A DNA stretch of 64,000 nucleotides from Rhodosorus marinus CCMP1338. Lineage: Eukaryota > Plantae > Rhodophyta. Shown piece by piece: positions 37,019 through 48,539 of this stretch. The DNA is taken from the NCBI GenBank assembly GCA_029953675.1, contig JAMWBK010000005.1, forward strand, positions 372,001 through 436,000. Reading direction: 5' to 3'. Under the pieces are notes generated by a model that saw only the letters and a list, made by a program, of their open reading frames with translations, made no database searches and was not told the origin of the DNA. How positions within the stretch are numbered: the first letter of the stretch is position 1; each line of letters starts with the position of its first letter. Both the position numbers and the translations under genes were made by a program.

Positions 37019-37812
37019 ATGTCGTTTTCATACGTTCTTTTTGCCCTGAGCCTCTTAATTTTGGTCCTACAAGTGGAAGCGATTCAGTTTTATCTGCGTT
37101 CTGGTCACAAGCTCTGCTTCACAGAAGACTTTGAGCCCGGCAAGAACGTTCGCGGAGAATACGTCGTCATGACCGGGAACGGAACGATGGCAGTGGATCT
37201 TACGGTAAGAGGAAACAGTCCAGGTGATCATCCAGCGAAGGTAGGAAGCATGTGAATTTGACCACGAAGGCTACGAATCAGCAGGTACGAGATGAGAAAG
37301 GGGAAGTTGCCTTCATGAAACGAGATATTGACCATGGAAGCTTTACCTTCAAAACGCGTGAAGCGAGAGGTCCTAAAGAGCCTGTGGGAGAGGATGACTA
37401 CTTTTATGATGCGATTGAGGATGAAGGTGATCAAGATGAGACGAAACCTATTAATGAGCTCAAGTACGAGCTCTGTGTAAAGCACCATGGCGAGCAAAAA
37501 GAGGGAGTAAGAAGACGGGTTTCTCTTAGAGTCGTTCAAGGGGCAATGGCCAAGGATTATAACGAGATGGCCAAGAAGGAGCATCTTGATGAACTGGCGG
37601 CGCAGTTGCTCTACGTCACTGACTCGCTGGTAGAGCTGGAAGCGGCTTTCCAGAAGCTCTTTCTCAGTGAGCATGACGTCCGTATAGCGAACGAGAAGAT
37701 CCTCAGTTCGATGATGTATGCGAGCCTCGGATCGGTGGCAGCTCTTGCGATCTTCAGCGCGTTCTACATGCGACTATTCAGGAAGGGACTTGAGAAAGTC
37801 AAAGCAATCTAA
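37019..37812 (+). CDS. p24/emp24/GOLD family cargo receptor (TMED10/p24-delta-like), 2 exons
   Basis: Signal peptide; KLCFTED..VRGEY; YELCVK; AKDYNEMAKKEHLDEL (p24-delta motif); TM; tail EKVKAI (KxKxx). Intron ~37206-37284. Confidence 0.88.
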
Positions 37813-38239
37813 CATAATCGCATCGGTTGGAACCGATCGGCGATAAAACCTTTGCTCTGACCGGGCTACTCAACGAACGTAACCGAACTAAGAGAAGAAA
37901 GAAACACGAACGATGCCCACCAGCATCGAATGTGTCAATGGATTCAAGGGACGAAGAGAGTATGCATGTGATAACTGATGTCTAACGGACAATACTGCAC
38001 TGCCGAGCGTACAATTTCCTTCTTAAAGACGTCTGAACTATAGTCCACAAGGGGACAGATACCTCCAGAAAGCACTGGTCCCTTCAAGAAACCTCTCGTA
38101 CGATGACAAGCGTTTGAGAACGAAACAAGAAGCAAGTAGAACAGCAATGGACGGCTAACACTCCTGGCACGCTCTCTCAACGACTCTACGCAACAAGTTG
38201 TTATGTTAACTTCCGTGAAGACGCCTCCAACATCTTCAA

Positions 38240-40030
38240 GAGGGAAGATGATGAGAGCTGAGCTTGGGATTGGATAGGTTTGGAAACTCATGCGCAGCTT
38301 GCACTTGATATCTTATGGATTTGCTCTCCAACACTCTTCGACCTGCTGGCTAACAATCACTAAGACAACAACCCTGCACCAAGCTACACTGTTAACTTTG
38401 GTGAGAACGTCTCCAAGAGCTTCAAGAGGGAAAGAAGCGATGTAGTTGGAGCTTGCTTGATCCATTATAGATCTCATTCTCGTCTTGTCTGTTGAAACGT
38501 CTTACTGAAGTCACACCACGAGTTACTTCGTTGAGTGTTCAAGAGAGTTTTGACAGAGAAGGCGATGAGAGCCCAAAAGTGTGTATCGAGTCAGTTGGAA
38601 AATGCTTTGGAAGATGTAGTAACAAAACCATACACAGCTTGCGCTTGATCCACTAGAAACCTCTTGCCCTATACCTACACATCCTCGTCCTGTGCGCAGA
38701 TGAGGTCGTGTCAAAGTTGAGGCAGGTGAGGGCGTCCTCAACCATAACGGGGGAATGAGAATAAGAACGGTACGCGTGAATCGATTCAGCTGAAAAAAGC
38801 AGTTAGAAACCTGTTTGAAAGATGGAGCTTTTAAACTTCATCTTCCATGCCGTACGCAACTTGATTGCGATCCCACGAACAAATCACCGTCCCGTCTGGT
38901 GAAGAAGTCTTAGTTGCAAAACCGTACGCAGCTTGCCTGCGATTCCGTCCAACAAATACCCGTACCGTCCATTGAAGACGTCCCTAACCAAGTTTTGGTA
39001 GATGGAGTTTGGTCCTCGAAGAAAACTTGAAGAGGGAAAGCGATGAGAACTGAACATGTGAATCACTTAAGCTGGAAAAAAGTGTGGAACAAGTCGTACA
39101 CAGCTTGAATGCTATTTCGCCCAGCAAATCCACGTACCGTCCAGTGAAGACGTCTTTAACCACGTTCAGGTAGATGGAGTATGGTCCTCCAAGAAAGTTT
39201 GATGAGGGAAAGCGCTGAGAACTGAACATGTGAATCAACTCAGCTGGAAAACATGTTGGAGCATGTAGTTGCAAAACCGTACGCGGCTTGCTTGCGATTC
39301 GGCGCGGCAAATCCTCGTACTGTCTGGTGGAGACGTCTCGACCAGGTCCTTGCGGTGGATGTAGAGGTGCGGCAAGAAAGCTTGAAGAGGGAAAGCGATG
39401 AGAACTGAACATGTGAATCTGCTCAGCTGAAAAACCCAGTCGGAAAACAGTTTGGAACATATAGTTGCATAACCTGTAAGAAAGCTTGCTTGCGATTTCG
39501 CCCAGCAAATCCCCGTACTGTCTGGTGAAGACGTCTTAACCAAGCTGAGGTACTTGGGGTGTAGTCCTCCAAGTAAGCTTGAACGGGAAAGCGACGAGAA
39601 CCGAACATGTGAATCAACTGAGCTGAAAAACAGTTTGGAACTGTTAATTGCATAACCGCACGCAACCTGCTTGCGATTCCGCCCAGCAAATCCCCTTACT
39701 GTCTCTTGAAGTCATCCTAACCAGGTTACGGTAGATCGAGTGTGGTCCTCGAAGAAAGCTTGGAGAGGGAAAGCGATGAGAACCGAACATGTGAATCAAC
39801 TCAGCTGAAAAAAACAGTTTGGAACAGTTTGTTGCATCACCGTACCCAGTTTGCTTGCGATTCCGCGAAGCAAATCCCCGTACCTTCCAGTGAAGACGTC
39901 CTTACCAAGTTGAGTGTAGATGGAGTGTGACCCTTCCAAGAAAGTTTGAAGAGGGAAAGCGATGAGAACTGAACATGTGAATCAATTGAGCTTGAACAAT
40001 CAATTGGAAAACAGTTTGGAAGATGAGAAC
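38240..40030. repeat. Tandem array of ~170-195-bp units, about 10 copies, more degenerate on the left
   Basis: Core GAGGGAAAGCGATGAGAACTGAACATGTGAATC at 39032, 39204, 39387, ~39583, 39765 and 39951; degenerate cores at ~38240, 38426, 38556 and ~38749. Intervening sequences are homologous to one another. Confidence 0.92.
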
Positions 40031-40186
40031 CCATGAAGGAGCTTCGTATTAGATATAGGATGTAGTGGAATGGTCGATGTTGTGAGGTTGGTCGAACTTT
40101 GTCAAGGATGAGAGGATGATAGTCGTCCAAAAGAAGTTGTTTTTTGAGGTGGGGTGGAGGGGGTTGCGGGGTAGACTATCTAAGGA

Positions 40187-41737
40187 ATGGCGCGAGGTGG
40201 GAATTCGTTTTTGAGGAGGAACGAACCGAGATCCGCAGGAGGAAAACGTCTCGTATGGATGTTGCTTGTGATCGTGACTTCGTTTTTGATGCTCAGCTTC
40301 AGGCGATTGGCTGGTGGTTCTGATTTCCAGCCCGGGTCGAGCAGGGTTACCGTAGAGAACGACATTAACAAGGTGCTAGGACTAATTGATAGCAAACAGG
40401 ATGAGCTGATCAAATGGCTCAGCGATGCTGTAAGAATCCAGTCGGTTTCAGTCGGAGAAATGCGGAATAACAGCGGACTAGACTCCGCTCGAGAATTCTA
40501 TATCAACCTCGCCAAACGAGTAGGATTAGATGAAATCAAAGTTGCGGGATCTAACCCCGGCACTGTTCTTGCAAAACGTCGAGGACAAGCTTCAAAATCA
40601 GTTCTCGTTTACGTACATTGGGATGTTCAACCAGCTGCGAATGGACAAGGAGGTTGGGACCACGATCCATTCGATGCACAAGTCCAGGGAGACAGACTGT
40701 TCGGACGTGGTGTTTCTGACGATAAGGCTGCTGCAATAGGATGGTTGTGGGTACTTGAACAGTTTAACAAGGCTGGTGTTCCACTGTCCGTTGATATACG
40801 GATCATGGCTGAGGGTGAAGAGGAGATTGGATCTCCGCAGTTGAAGCAGGTTGTGGATATGGAGAGTTTAGAGGGTGGATTTCTGTCTGGTGTGAAGTAT
40901 ATGATGGTGAGTGATGGATCCTTTGTGTCTGATCGACCTTGCGTCGTGCAAGGAACCAGAGGAGTTGTACATTTTTATGTATCAGTGTCTGGAGCGTCGC
41001 GAGATTTGCATTCCGGGACATTTGGAGGTGGAGTTTACGAGCCTTTGAGCGAGATGTCGATGTTGATGACTTCGCTATCGGATGGTAAGGGCACCGTGAT
41101 GGTTGAAGGTTTCAACGAAATAAAGTATCCTCGAATAGACCGGGAGGAATTGAAGCAATTCGGACTTGACGTATCGGCATGGGAAAGACAGGCTGGAACT
41201 GAAAAAGCAACAACTCGAGTGCCTGAGGCGCTCCTCGAGCGCGTGTGGGGATCGCCATCGGTATCTGTTCACGGGATTCGCTCATCAGCTGACTTTGAAG
41301 CGGCTGCGATTTCTGGCAACGCCAATGCACACTTCTCCATTCGCATCCCCGCTGGTATGAATCCTGATGAAGTCGCGGAGGCTACCGTACGACATCTCAC
41401 ATCCAAATTCGAAGCATTCAAGACCCCAAACAAACTCGAAATTAACGTAGCCCAAAAGGCGCCAGGCTTTTCCGTCCAGGCCGGATCACAGCTCCACGCA
41501 GCCATCAGCCGGGCAGTAAAGCGCGCTAGGAACGTCGGACCTGAAAACGCTAGACTTGGTGGAGCGATTCCCGTGGCTGCATTCCTTTCGACCGCAAATC
41601 CAGAATCGGAGGTGCTCGTGCTCCCAATCGGAGGAAGAGCAGATAACGCACACGGACATGAAAGTATCTCCAGGCAAGATCTGCATTACGGAACCAGGAC
41701 CTTTGCGTTAATACTGGACGAACTCTCTCGCTTGTAG
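40187..41737 (+). CDS. Peptidase M20A family dipeptidase (CNDP/Dug1-like) with an N-terminal signal anchor; single exon
   Basis: YVHWDVQP, GRGVSDDK, EGEEEIGS, SDG, RDLHSGTFGG, GGAIP, DNAHG: all metal ligands and the catalytic Glu are present. TM segment RLVWMLLVIVTSFLMLSFRR. Confidence 0.9.
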   Translation: MARGGNSFLRRNEPRSAGGKRLVWMLLVIVTSFLMLSFRRLAGGSDFQPGSSRVTVENDINKVLGLIDSKQDELIKWLSDAVRIQSVSVGEMRNNSGLDSAREFYINLAKRVGLDEIKVAGSNPGTVLAKRRGQASKSVLVYVHWDVQPAANGQGGWDHDPFDAQVQGDRLFGRGVSDDKAAAIGWLWVLEQFNKAGVPLSVDIRIMAEGEEEIGSPQLKQVVDMESLEGGFLSGVKYMMVSDGSFVSDRPCVVQGTRGVVHFYVSVSGASRDLHSGTFGGGVYEPLSEMSMLMTSLSDGKGTVMVEGFNEIKYPRIDREELKQFGLDVSAWERQAGTEKATTRVPEALLERVWGSPSVSVHGIRSSADFEAAAISGNANAHFSIRIPAGMNPDEVAEATVRHLTSKFEAFKTPNKLEINVAQKAPGFSVQAGSQLHAAISRAVKRARNVGPENARLGGAIPVAAFLSTANPESEVLVLPIGGRADNAHGHESISRQDLHYGTRTFALILDELSRL

Positions 41738-42155
41738 ACAAAAGGGGTGATCGGCAGCTTATCTGGGTAAGAAGCCATAGGAGGAAACAGATGATCAGAT
41801 GAAGACCCCAAGTAGACCTCTACCATCCATTGACCGGCGGATCCATGGGACTGGGTGGCTGGAAATCTTGCGGTACCAACAGAGATGAGCAGGAATTCAG
41901 AATGGAGCGAGTACGGCTGTTGCGCGAGGTGTCCAACCCAGTAGCAAGGAGTAGCAAACCCGTCACAGACACGGACTCCTGATGCGTCACGCGAAAAGCC
42001 TGAACCTCTTCCTGGTCCGTGTTGAGGCCTTGGGCCTTGAGTGGCTTTAGGAGATCGCAATCTGAGTCTTGTGCGAACGGGCTAAGACGCTTCACCTCTT
42101 TCGACAGAGAAAGACTTGTAGAGTTAGATTGCTTTTAACGTATAAAACAATTGAA

Positions 42156-44734
42156 TCACGTGGATGGAACTTTGTTGTCTTCCGCGGCGACCTTTTCGAT
42201 TTCGGGCTTTTCAGGATCGACCCTTAATGATTCAAGGAATTGGATTCCCACCTGTGGCGGTTGCGTTGCACCCTCCCCAGCTGGCATGACCTGGAGAAGA
42301 ATCGGCTTTGAATACAGGTCGGTCTCCGCTCTCGGAGCGAGGTGGACAAATTCTGCTTGTTCGTGGACGTAACCGAAAATAGAACCAAGCTCCACCACGT
42401 TCTGCCGGTCGCTCGTTTCCACGTGCTGAGAGAGCTTCTTCTCCAGTACTTCCTTGGTCAGAACGCCCGTTTGCATCTGCCGTACGTATTCGGCGGAGAC
42501 GGTTGGGGATTTTACGCTCTCAAAGAACTTCATAATCGCGTTGGCAACGTCAGGGATGTACCGCTTCAGGTTCCGACTGCGATCTTGCCTGCTCTTCAGT
42601 TCAGCCCTCCGAGCAAGCTTGGTCTTCAGTTGAGCGCAGCACGATTGAATGGCCTTTCGGACTGATTGTTTAATTGTTAGCGAATCATCGCCGATGTACT
42701 CCTTGCCGGTTCCTTTGAAGGGGATCTTTGTGCTGACTATCGAGCAGAACACTCCGATCCGATCCGTGTTAGCAGAAATCTTGTACTGCCCCCAGGGTAT
42801 GTCCTGAGCTGTCTTCGTCACGATGTCGTTCCCTTGCTCGAAAAGCAGCGGGATTCGATTCGCGAATCGATAGATACTAAGGCCATTTCGCACATTGTCC
42901 CCACCCAGCGAGACTCCCGCTTCGACAATAAACGGGTGGCCTTCAAAGGCATCAGCGGACTCTGCGTGCGTAGCCACCATGTCCGGGCGTAGCTCCTTCA
43001 TAATTCCCAACCGCAGGTTGTACTCTCCAGCAGGAGAAAGGCATTCTCCCTTTGGCTTTCCGAATCTTGCCTCTTTCAGGAGCTTGTCTAAGATTCTGAT
43101 CTCGTTTAGCCCGAGCTCGCTAATGGGCATGGTCGGTGAAAACGTTTCACCCAGTTCCTTGATAAGTCGCTCCGCAAGTGGCTTATCGATGTTGCTCAGT
43201 TCCCGAGTCAGAAACCGCACGAGGGGGGTCTTCCCCGGAATATTAGAGATGAGCTGCTTGAGGAGAAGCTGGTTGATTGAGGCTGGATGATGCTTGACTT
43301 CTTCCGGTTCCGGAGGCATCTGGTCAGATCTCCTCGAAAATGTTACTTCAAACGACTTTTCTGCTCTGCAAGTGCAGATTCGACAGGCAGGTGGCACAAG
43401 CCCCCGACAAGTAAGCCAAATTGACAGAAGGATGAACGGCTGAATTGTGAGGAGGGACTCGCACGGCTGCACTGTGACTTACCGCGGAGAATGAAACTTG
43501 AAGTTAAACTGTGCGTATGGTGTGATAACAGCCATTTGACGCATGTATTGCAAAATTTTTGCTCGATACGTTGTCCAGCTTCCTTGAATCGTCACCTTGA
43601 TTTCCGTGCCTCTCCAGTTGTTCTCGTTCGGCAGCTATATTCTCACACAAAGTTGAAGCCGGATTAGAGGACGTGCGCAGAAGTCAGTCGGAGACTCTTG
43701 CCTATCTGCAGACCCCTTTCGCGACCGCAACATACCTTCTCATGCACAATGACGTTCGGAATATTCTTGGAAATATCGATATCCAAAACGCAGTGGGTAA
43801 TTTCGCAACCAGCCTTCGCAGTGCGGATATCTACTGGCAAAGAAGTGCTCATCTTACTCCAGATCAGGGCCATCTTCGATCCGAGACCGAACTTTCCTCG
43901 CGACTGTTTCACGCAGTATTTTGTCCCTTAGTGTTTGTGAGGACGGACAAGAGCCAAGGTGGTCGTATATACCATGCTGTGAGAATACATAAGAAGATAC
44001 GGAGCAAGGCTCCACAGTGAATATGACAGTCAATCGTCTATACCTGCAAGCACTCGACCGAGCATATCTGGGACGTCGTCGTGAGCCATTCCGATTCCGT
44101 TGTCGCTGACGAATACTCTGAGCGTGCTCACGTCACCTCGTGAACCTTTTTGAGTTGCCTGTGATGGCTGAGAGGGTTGCTCAGAGGGCGGGGGTTGTGA
44201 AGGTAATTCCGCTGGTTGCGAGCTCATTTGCGAAGCCGAAGCTTGAGTCTCTTCCATCAAAGAATCCGGCTGAGTTTGACTTTCGGCTTTCACCTGCATG
44301 TTTGCGTCCGTATCTTCTGGTGGATTTGTTTTCTGCTTCTTTGCCTCCTGGTGGTTTTCAGAGGGTTGGTTCTTTTTCCTTTTCGCTTCGCGTTTTTCTT
44401 TAGCCTCTCGTTTCTTTCTCTCCTTGCCTGTCTCAACGTCCTTGTAAAGAGTCTCATCAAGTCGCTCCCGGTCATTGATTCCCACCATCTTGTTAAATTC
44501 GGAAATCGACAGCTCGTCGACAACCACATCAATCATAGGGAGCACCGGAACGCTTTCCGCCGCGTCCAAACCATTCTCCACCAGTTCCCTGATCGTGGTA
44601 TACAGAGATTTCCCAGGATTGTCGAACCCAGCGATGTTCTTATTCTCCGCAAAGAACTCCGCCGGAGAGCGGAATCTCAACTTTGGCCCTCCATCATCAG
44701 CTTCCGCAGCTGGCTTGGCAGATTTTCTTACCAT
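42156..44734 (-). CDS. TOP6B: DNA topoisomerase VI subunit B, multi-exon
   Basis: SPAEFFAENKNIAGFDNPGKSLYTTIRELVENGLDA, DNGIGM, G|TKYCVKQSRGKFGLGSKMAL, KHHPASIN, LSPAGEYNLRLG, RFANRIPLLFE, KIPFKGTGKEYIG. Confidence 0.96.
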
Positions 44735-45664
44735 TCCAGCTCCAAGACCGGCCACCGCCGACTAAAACACCCAAACAAAAAAAAGGCGACCCTCGAAAAT
44801 TCCCGCAGGATGAAACCATTCAGCACATCTTCAATCAATACACTCTTGTTCCCATTTATTCTTCCGAAACGACGTCCGATATATCTACAATTCCGTCCAC
44901 AAAATCATGAAGAATCCCTAAACCAGGATTCTACCACATCCATCTCTAAAACCCCCCTAGCCCCTATCAAACACAATGTCTTTACGCAGACATTCATCTT
45001 CTTCGAGCGGGAAAAATGGTAGCACAACCCTCTCCACGCAGAAGTAACCTTTTTACTGATAATTCTAAAGTATTTACGATACATAAATTGTCTAATGTTT
45101 TTTTAACGCCGTATTTAGTATCACATATATATCTTCTATACGTTCCACGCGGACGTGCGTAGCTACCTGGCTGAGGTTCAATACTGTGAAGCCGAGAAGC
45201 GGGAGGCTTCAAGAGGACGTGATGAGAATTTCGCAACCAGAGCGAGGAAAATTAAAATGACGCTTTGCTGATGCTACACGGAGCGATGGGGGCTAGCAAA
45301 ACTCGAGCCCCGCAGGTAGACCTGGGAAGAGGATGACTAGCTTACCATTCCATACCATAGCCGGACGTCTGGGGCGACGTTTTGAGAGGAACTACTTCAA
45401 TGACTACCTGCAGGTGTCGCAGGATTCTCATTGACAGCCAGCCAGAGGTTGTCTCCAGAAGCTCGGTCGCACTGAGGGCAAAACATTTCCAACGGCGCCT
45501 ATTACTGATCTGCATAAGCATTGGTTTCGGTCTGTGATGACCATCCGAAAGTACAACAAACTGGGGCCTGCAAGGGCCCGGCAAAGAGGCTAAGATTTCG
45601 ATATCAGACTGGACAATCGGGGAAGATTTACTGAGACGCGGAAATACAGGCGTTCCGCTGGTCC

Positions 45665-46461
45665 TTAATAGTTCCAGTTCGACCTAGCGCTGTCCTCTGG
45701 CAATGGTCTCATATAGTCAGGCAGATCCGAGGTGTCTTCTTCCTCGACAATGTCCTGAAATTGAGAAAAGTTAAGGGTCAGAAAAAGATTCTTCGTTTGT
45801 TTTTCGTCCTTGCAATTGCATACCGCGGATTGCAGATAGTCGGGCAGCGATGTCCTCACAACGTTTGTCGAAACCTTCTTCTCTGCTGCCTTTTCCGCTA
45901 ACTTTTCCGCTTTCTCGAGCGCTTCAAGCTCCGAGACCTTCATCGACTGCGTAAACGGTGCTTGGTAGCCGTATTCTCCGGGCTGGGCCTTGAGATCGAA
46001 CTGAGCTGCCCCGGACATCGTGACCTCCTTTGAAGGCCCCTGCTGCTTCTTCTTCTTCTTCGTCACCTTCTTCTTGTCGAGGGGATCCCTGTACCCATAC
46101 TCACCGGGTTGGACACTTGCGGATGCGGAGTTGTCCTGCACGGTACCGATGACCCTCGAAGGAGCCTGCTCCAGAATTTGATCTGTTACGTCCTTCTTGA
46201 GGAGGTCCAGGCCTCTCATGAAGGTCGAACGATTCTCCTCCCCTTCCATCATTACCACCACGCCCTTTCGGACTGCGGGAGCCTTTCAAAAAACAAGCAA
46301 ACAGACTTTCTTCAGCACTTGGACAAGACCAGCCACAGGCCTTAATCCCTTGGCGGCACCGCGTAAACAGCATAGGCGGCACTTCCTTTTTTGCTTACCT
46401 GGCACACTTTACCGCGGATCTTTGATCCAGCGGATACGCTCAACCCTCCAACGAAAGCCAT
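45665..46461 (-). CDS. Unknown plastid-targeted protein with paired internal motifs, 3 exons
   Basis: MAFVGGLSVSAGSKIRGKVCQ|APAVRKGVVVM looks like a red-algal-type transit peptide. The mature part has QPGEYGY x2 and LPDY(L/M) x2. Two GT-AG introns restore the frame. Confidence 0.7.
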
Positions 46462-47758
46462 CTTTGAGACGTGATCGAAACTCAGTCCAAGTTCTTTTCC
46501 CAACTGACCAGCCGATACGTCACAATCGTCTCCCAACTGTCTGTAGACTACAACGCCTCGTCTCACCCACTCCCCAAAAGCCCTCTCTCTTAGACACTAC
46601 TTATCAAACACTTTAGAAAGACATGCTCTTCATCCCAGAAGATAATAATATCCTAACCATTTAGTTTTTCCTACAAAACAAGAATCCTGAGCTCGAGCTC
46701 CAAAAACCGAAAGGATCTCAACAAACAATTCTCATTTCTAAGCGTAAGGTCACTCCGAAATTCTGGTCTAGGGTATTGCCAGACTGACTAATCTAGGCTC
46801 CTTTTGACATGATCACCCCGGACGTCACACACCAAGTTCTCGGGGTTGGGGTCTCGGGGGGTGTGGACTTCATTGTCCACCTTGGTTGGACTGTTTCCAT
46901 AAGGACGTCCGTGTCCATATGCTCACAAGATTTCAATTGACAAGACTCCCTCGCTTGCGCAGTCAGTGAGCCATCATATGACCAGCGTTGGACTCCTGCC
47001 AAATCGAAACAAGGTGAATCCCATTCCAAATATTAGGGTAGATGGACTAGAAACGAGCTAAATTGCTGAGTATGGAAACAGGTAAAAACATGTTCGCAAT
47101 TTCACTCTTAAATCTCCAAGCTAACAAAAATGAGAACCGTCGGTAAAAAGGCCTCCTAGGATTCTCGTCCTCACAAACACCACAGTCCATACGGTAGCAA
47201 ACTCTCCCTTTCCTTCCCCCTAAAGAAAAATTCATAGTGTAAAGCCCGTCCTAAAACCCAACCCCTATTAAGAACACCATTAAATACTCAATAACAAGCA
47301 ATAAAGGCGACAAAATTTCCAAAAACCAATAACTAGATCACCACATATATCCAACAAATCACAGGTATAAATAAGGCAAAATATATGTATCGAGAATCTA
47401 TCTGAGGGTATCTCGGTGAGAAAGTTTACCGTTATCTCAGGAATATCTTAAATTCAATCAAAAAATTCTGAGGTTGTCCTAAAAGTTTTTTTTTTCTGTA
47501 TATGGTATTGAAAATTGTTGGTGGACAGAAGAGGATTCGGAGCGCGCTCTGGCGAAACGGATTGAGTGGGAAGAGGGGTTGGCGGGTGGGGGCTTCTCAG
47601 CTCCACGAGTTGTGGGATTCATGAACGTCGAAAGCCGGAGAGAGCCATTCATCATCATCTCTTTTTGGTGGTGTGAATCAAGGTTCATAAATATATTTAC
47701 CAAAGAAAGAATGTTGGAGAAATGTGTTTTTCAGCGAAATCGTGGCTACGACTGATTG

Positions 47759-48094
47759 TTAACATCGGCAGCTTTTCGTAAAATGATTTTCCTACAATTT
47801 GAGCAGACTTTAGGCATGGCGACGCGATGATGATGACGCGTGCTCGGCATTGAGTTTGGTTTGGAGATGCTTAGCTGATTGAGCTTGCCGTTAACATGCG
47901 ACTTGACGCTGTTAGATTTGGGCAGTCCTTAACATCGGCAGCTCTCGTAAAATGAGTTTCCCACAATTTGAGTAGACTTGAGGCATGGCGACGCAATGAT
48001 GAGGCGTGCTTCGCATTGAGTTTGTTAGGAGATGCTTAGCTGACTAACCATGCCGTTGACATGTAGACTTGACGCATGTTAGATTTGGGTAGTC
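47759..48094. repeat. Tandem duplication of a 170-bp unit (2 diverged copies)
   Basis: TTAACATCGGCAGC...GTTAGATTTGGG(C/T)AGTC begins at 47759 and again at 47929. Confidence 0.92.
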
Positions 48095-48539
48095 AAATGT
48101 CGTCGTATAGTATTTGCTGTTTCTCGAGCATATGCCGTTGATAGATGACTGCAGGCATCGAAGATCTGGGGCGGCCTATAAATTCATCTGTTATCCTGCT
48201 TCTTGATCTATCAGAAACAAGGAACTGTCGCGCGGATTGGGTGGTATACCCAACCTGAGTCATTGTCGGGGCTAGGAAGGAAGAGCAAGCAAACAGGATG
48301 AGGGCACATTCCGTGCACAGTTCTCAGTAGATCAGCTCATCCGATGTATGCTAGGTGCGCCGTTAGAGTGATGAAGCTGGTTGCTCGTTTCCGGCACACC
48401 TCATAACAAAGATGAATCGTTGATAGCCTGGTTGGGATCTGCTAGGTCTCTTCGTCTAGTTGCTCTGTCACATAGCCTAACTCCGGATAGTGCTGGTTAA
48501 CTTTGGAAAAGTAATGTCCGTATTCCCGGGACTCAAGAA

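Noticed and set aside
39032-39990. Conserved 33-bp core recurring at regular intervals, superficially CRISPR-like
   Set aside because: Intervening segments are 140-160 bp and homologous to one another rather than unique spacers; no cas genes; eukaryotic context.
14098-44734. Apparent cluster of DNA-maintenance genes (RPA2, CRY-DASH, SCC3, TOP6B)
   Set aside because: They are interspersed with unrelated genes over 30 kb with no shared motif seen; compatible with chance in a compact genome.
44216-45022. 268-aa Phe/Leu-rich plus-strand ORF
   Set aside because: Antisense to the purine-rich first exon of TOP6B.
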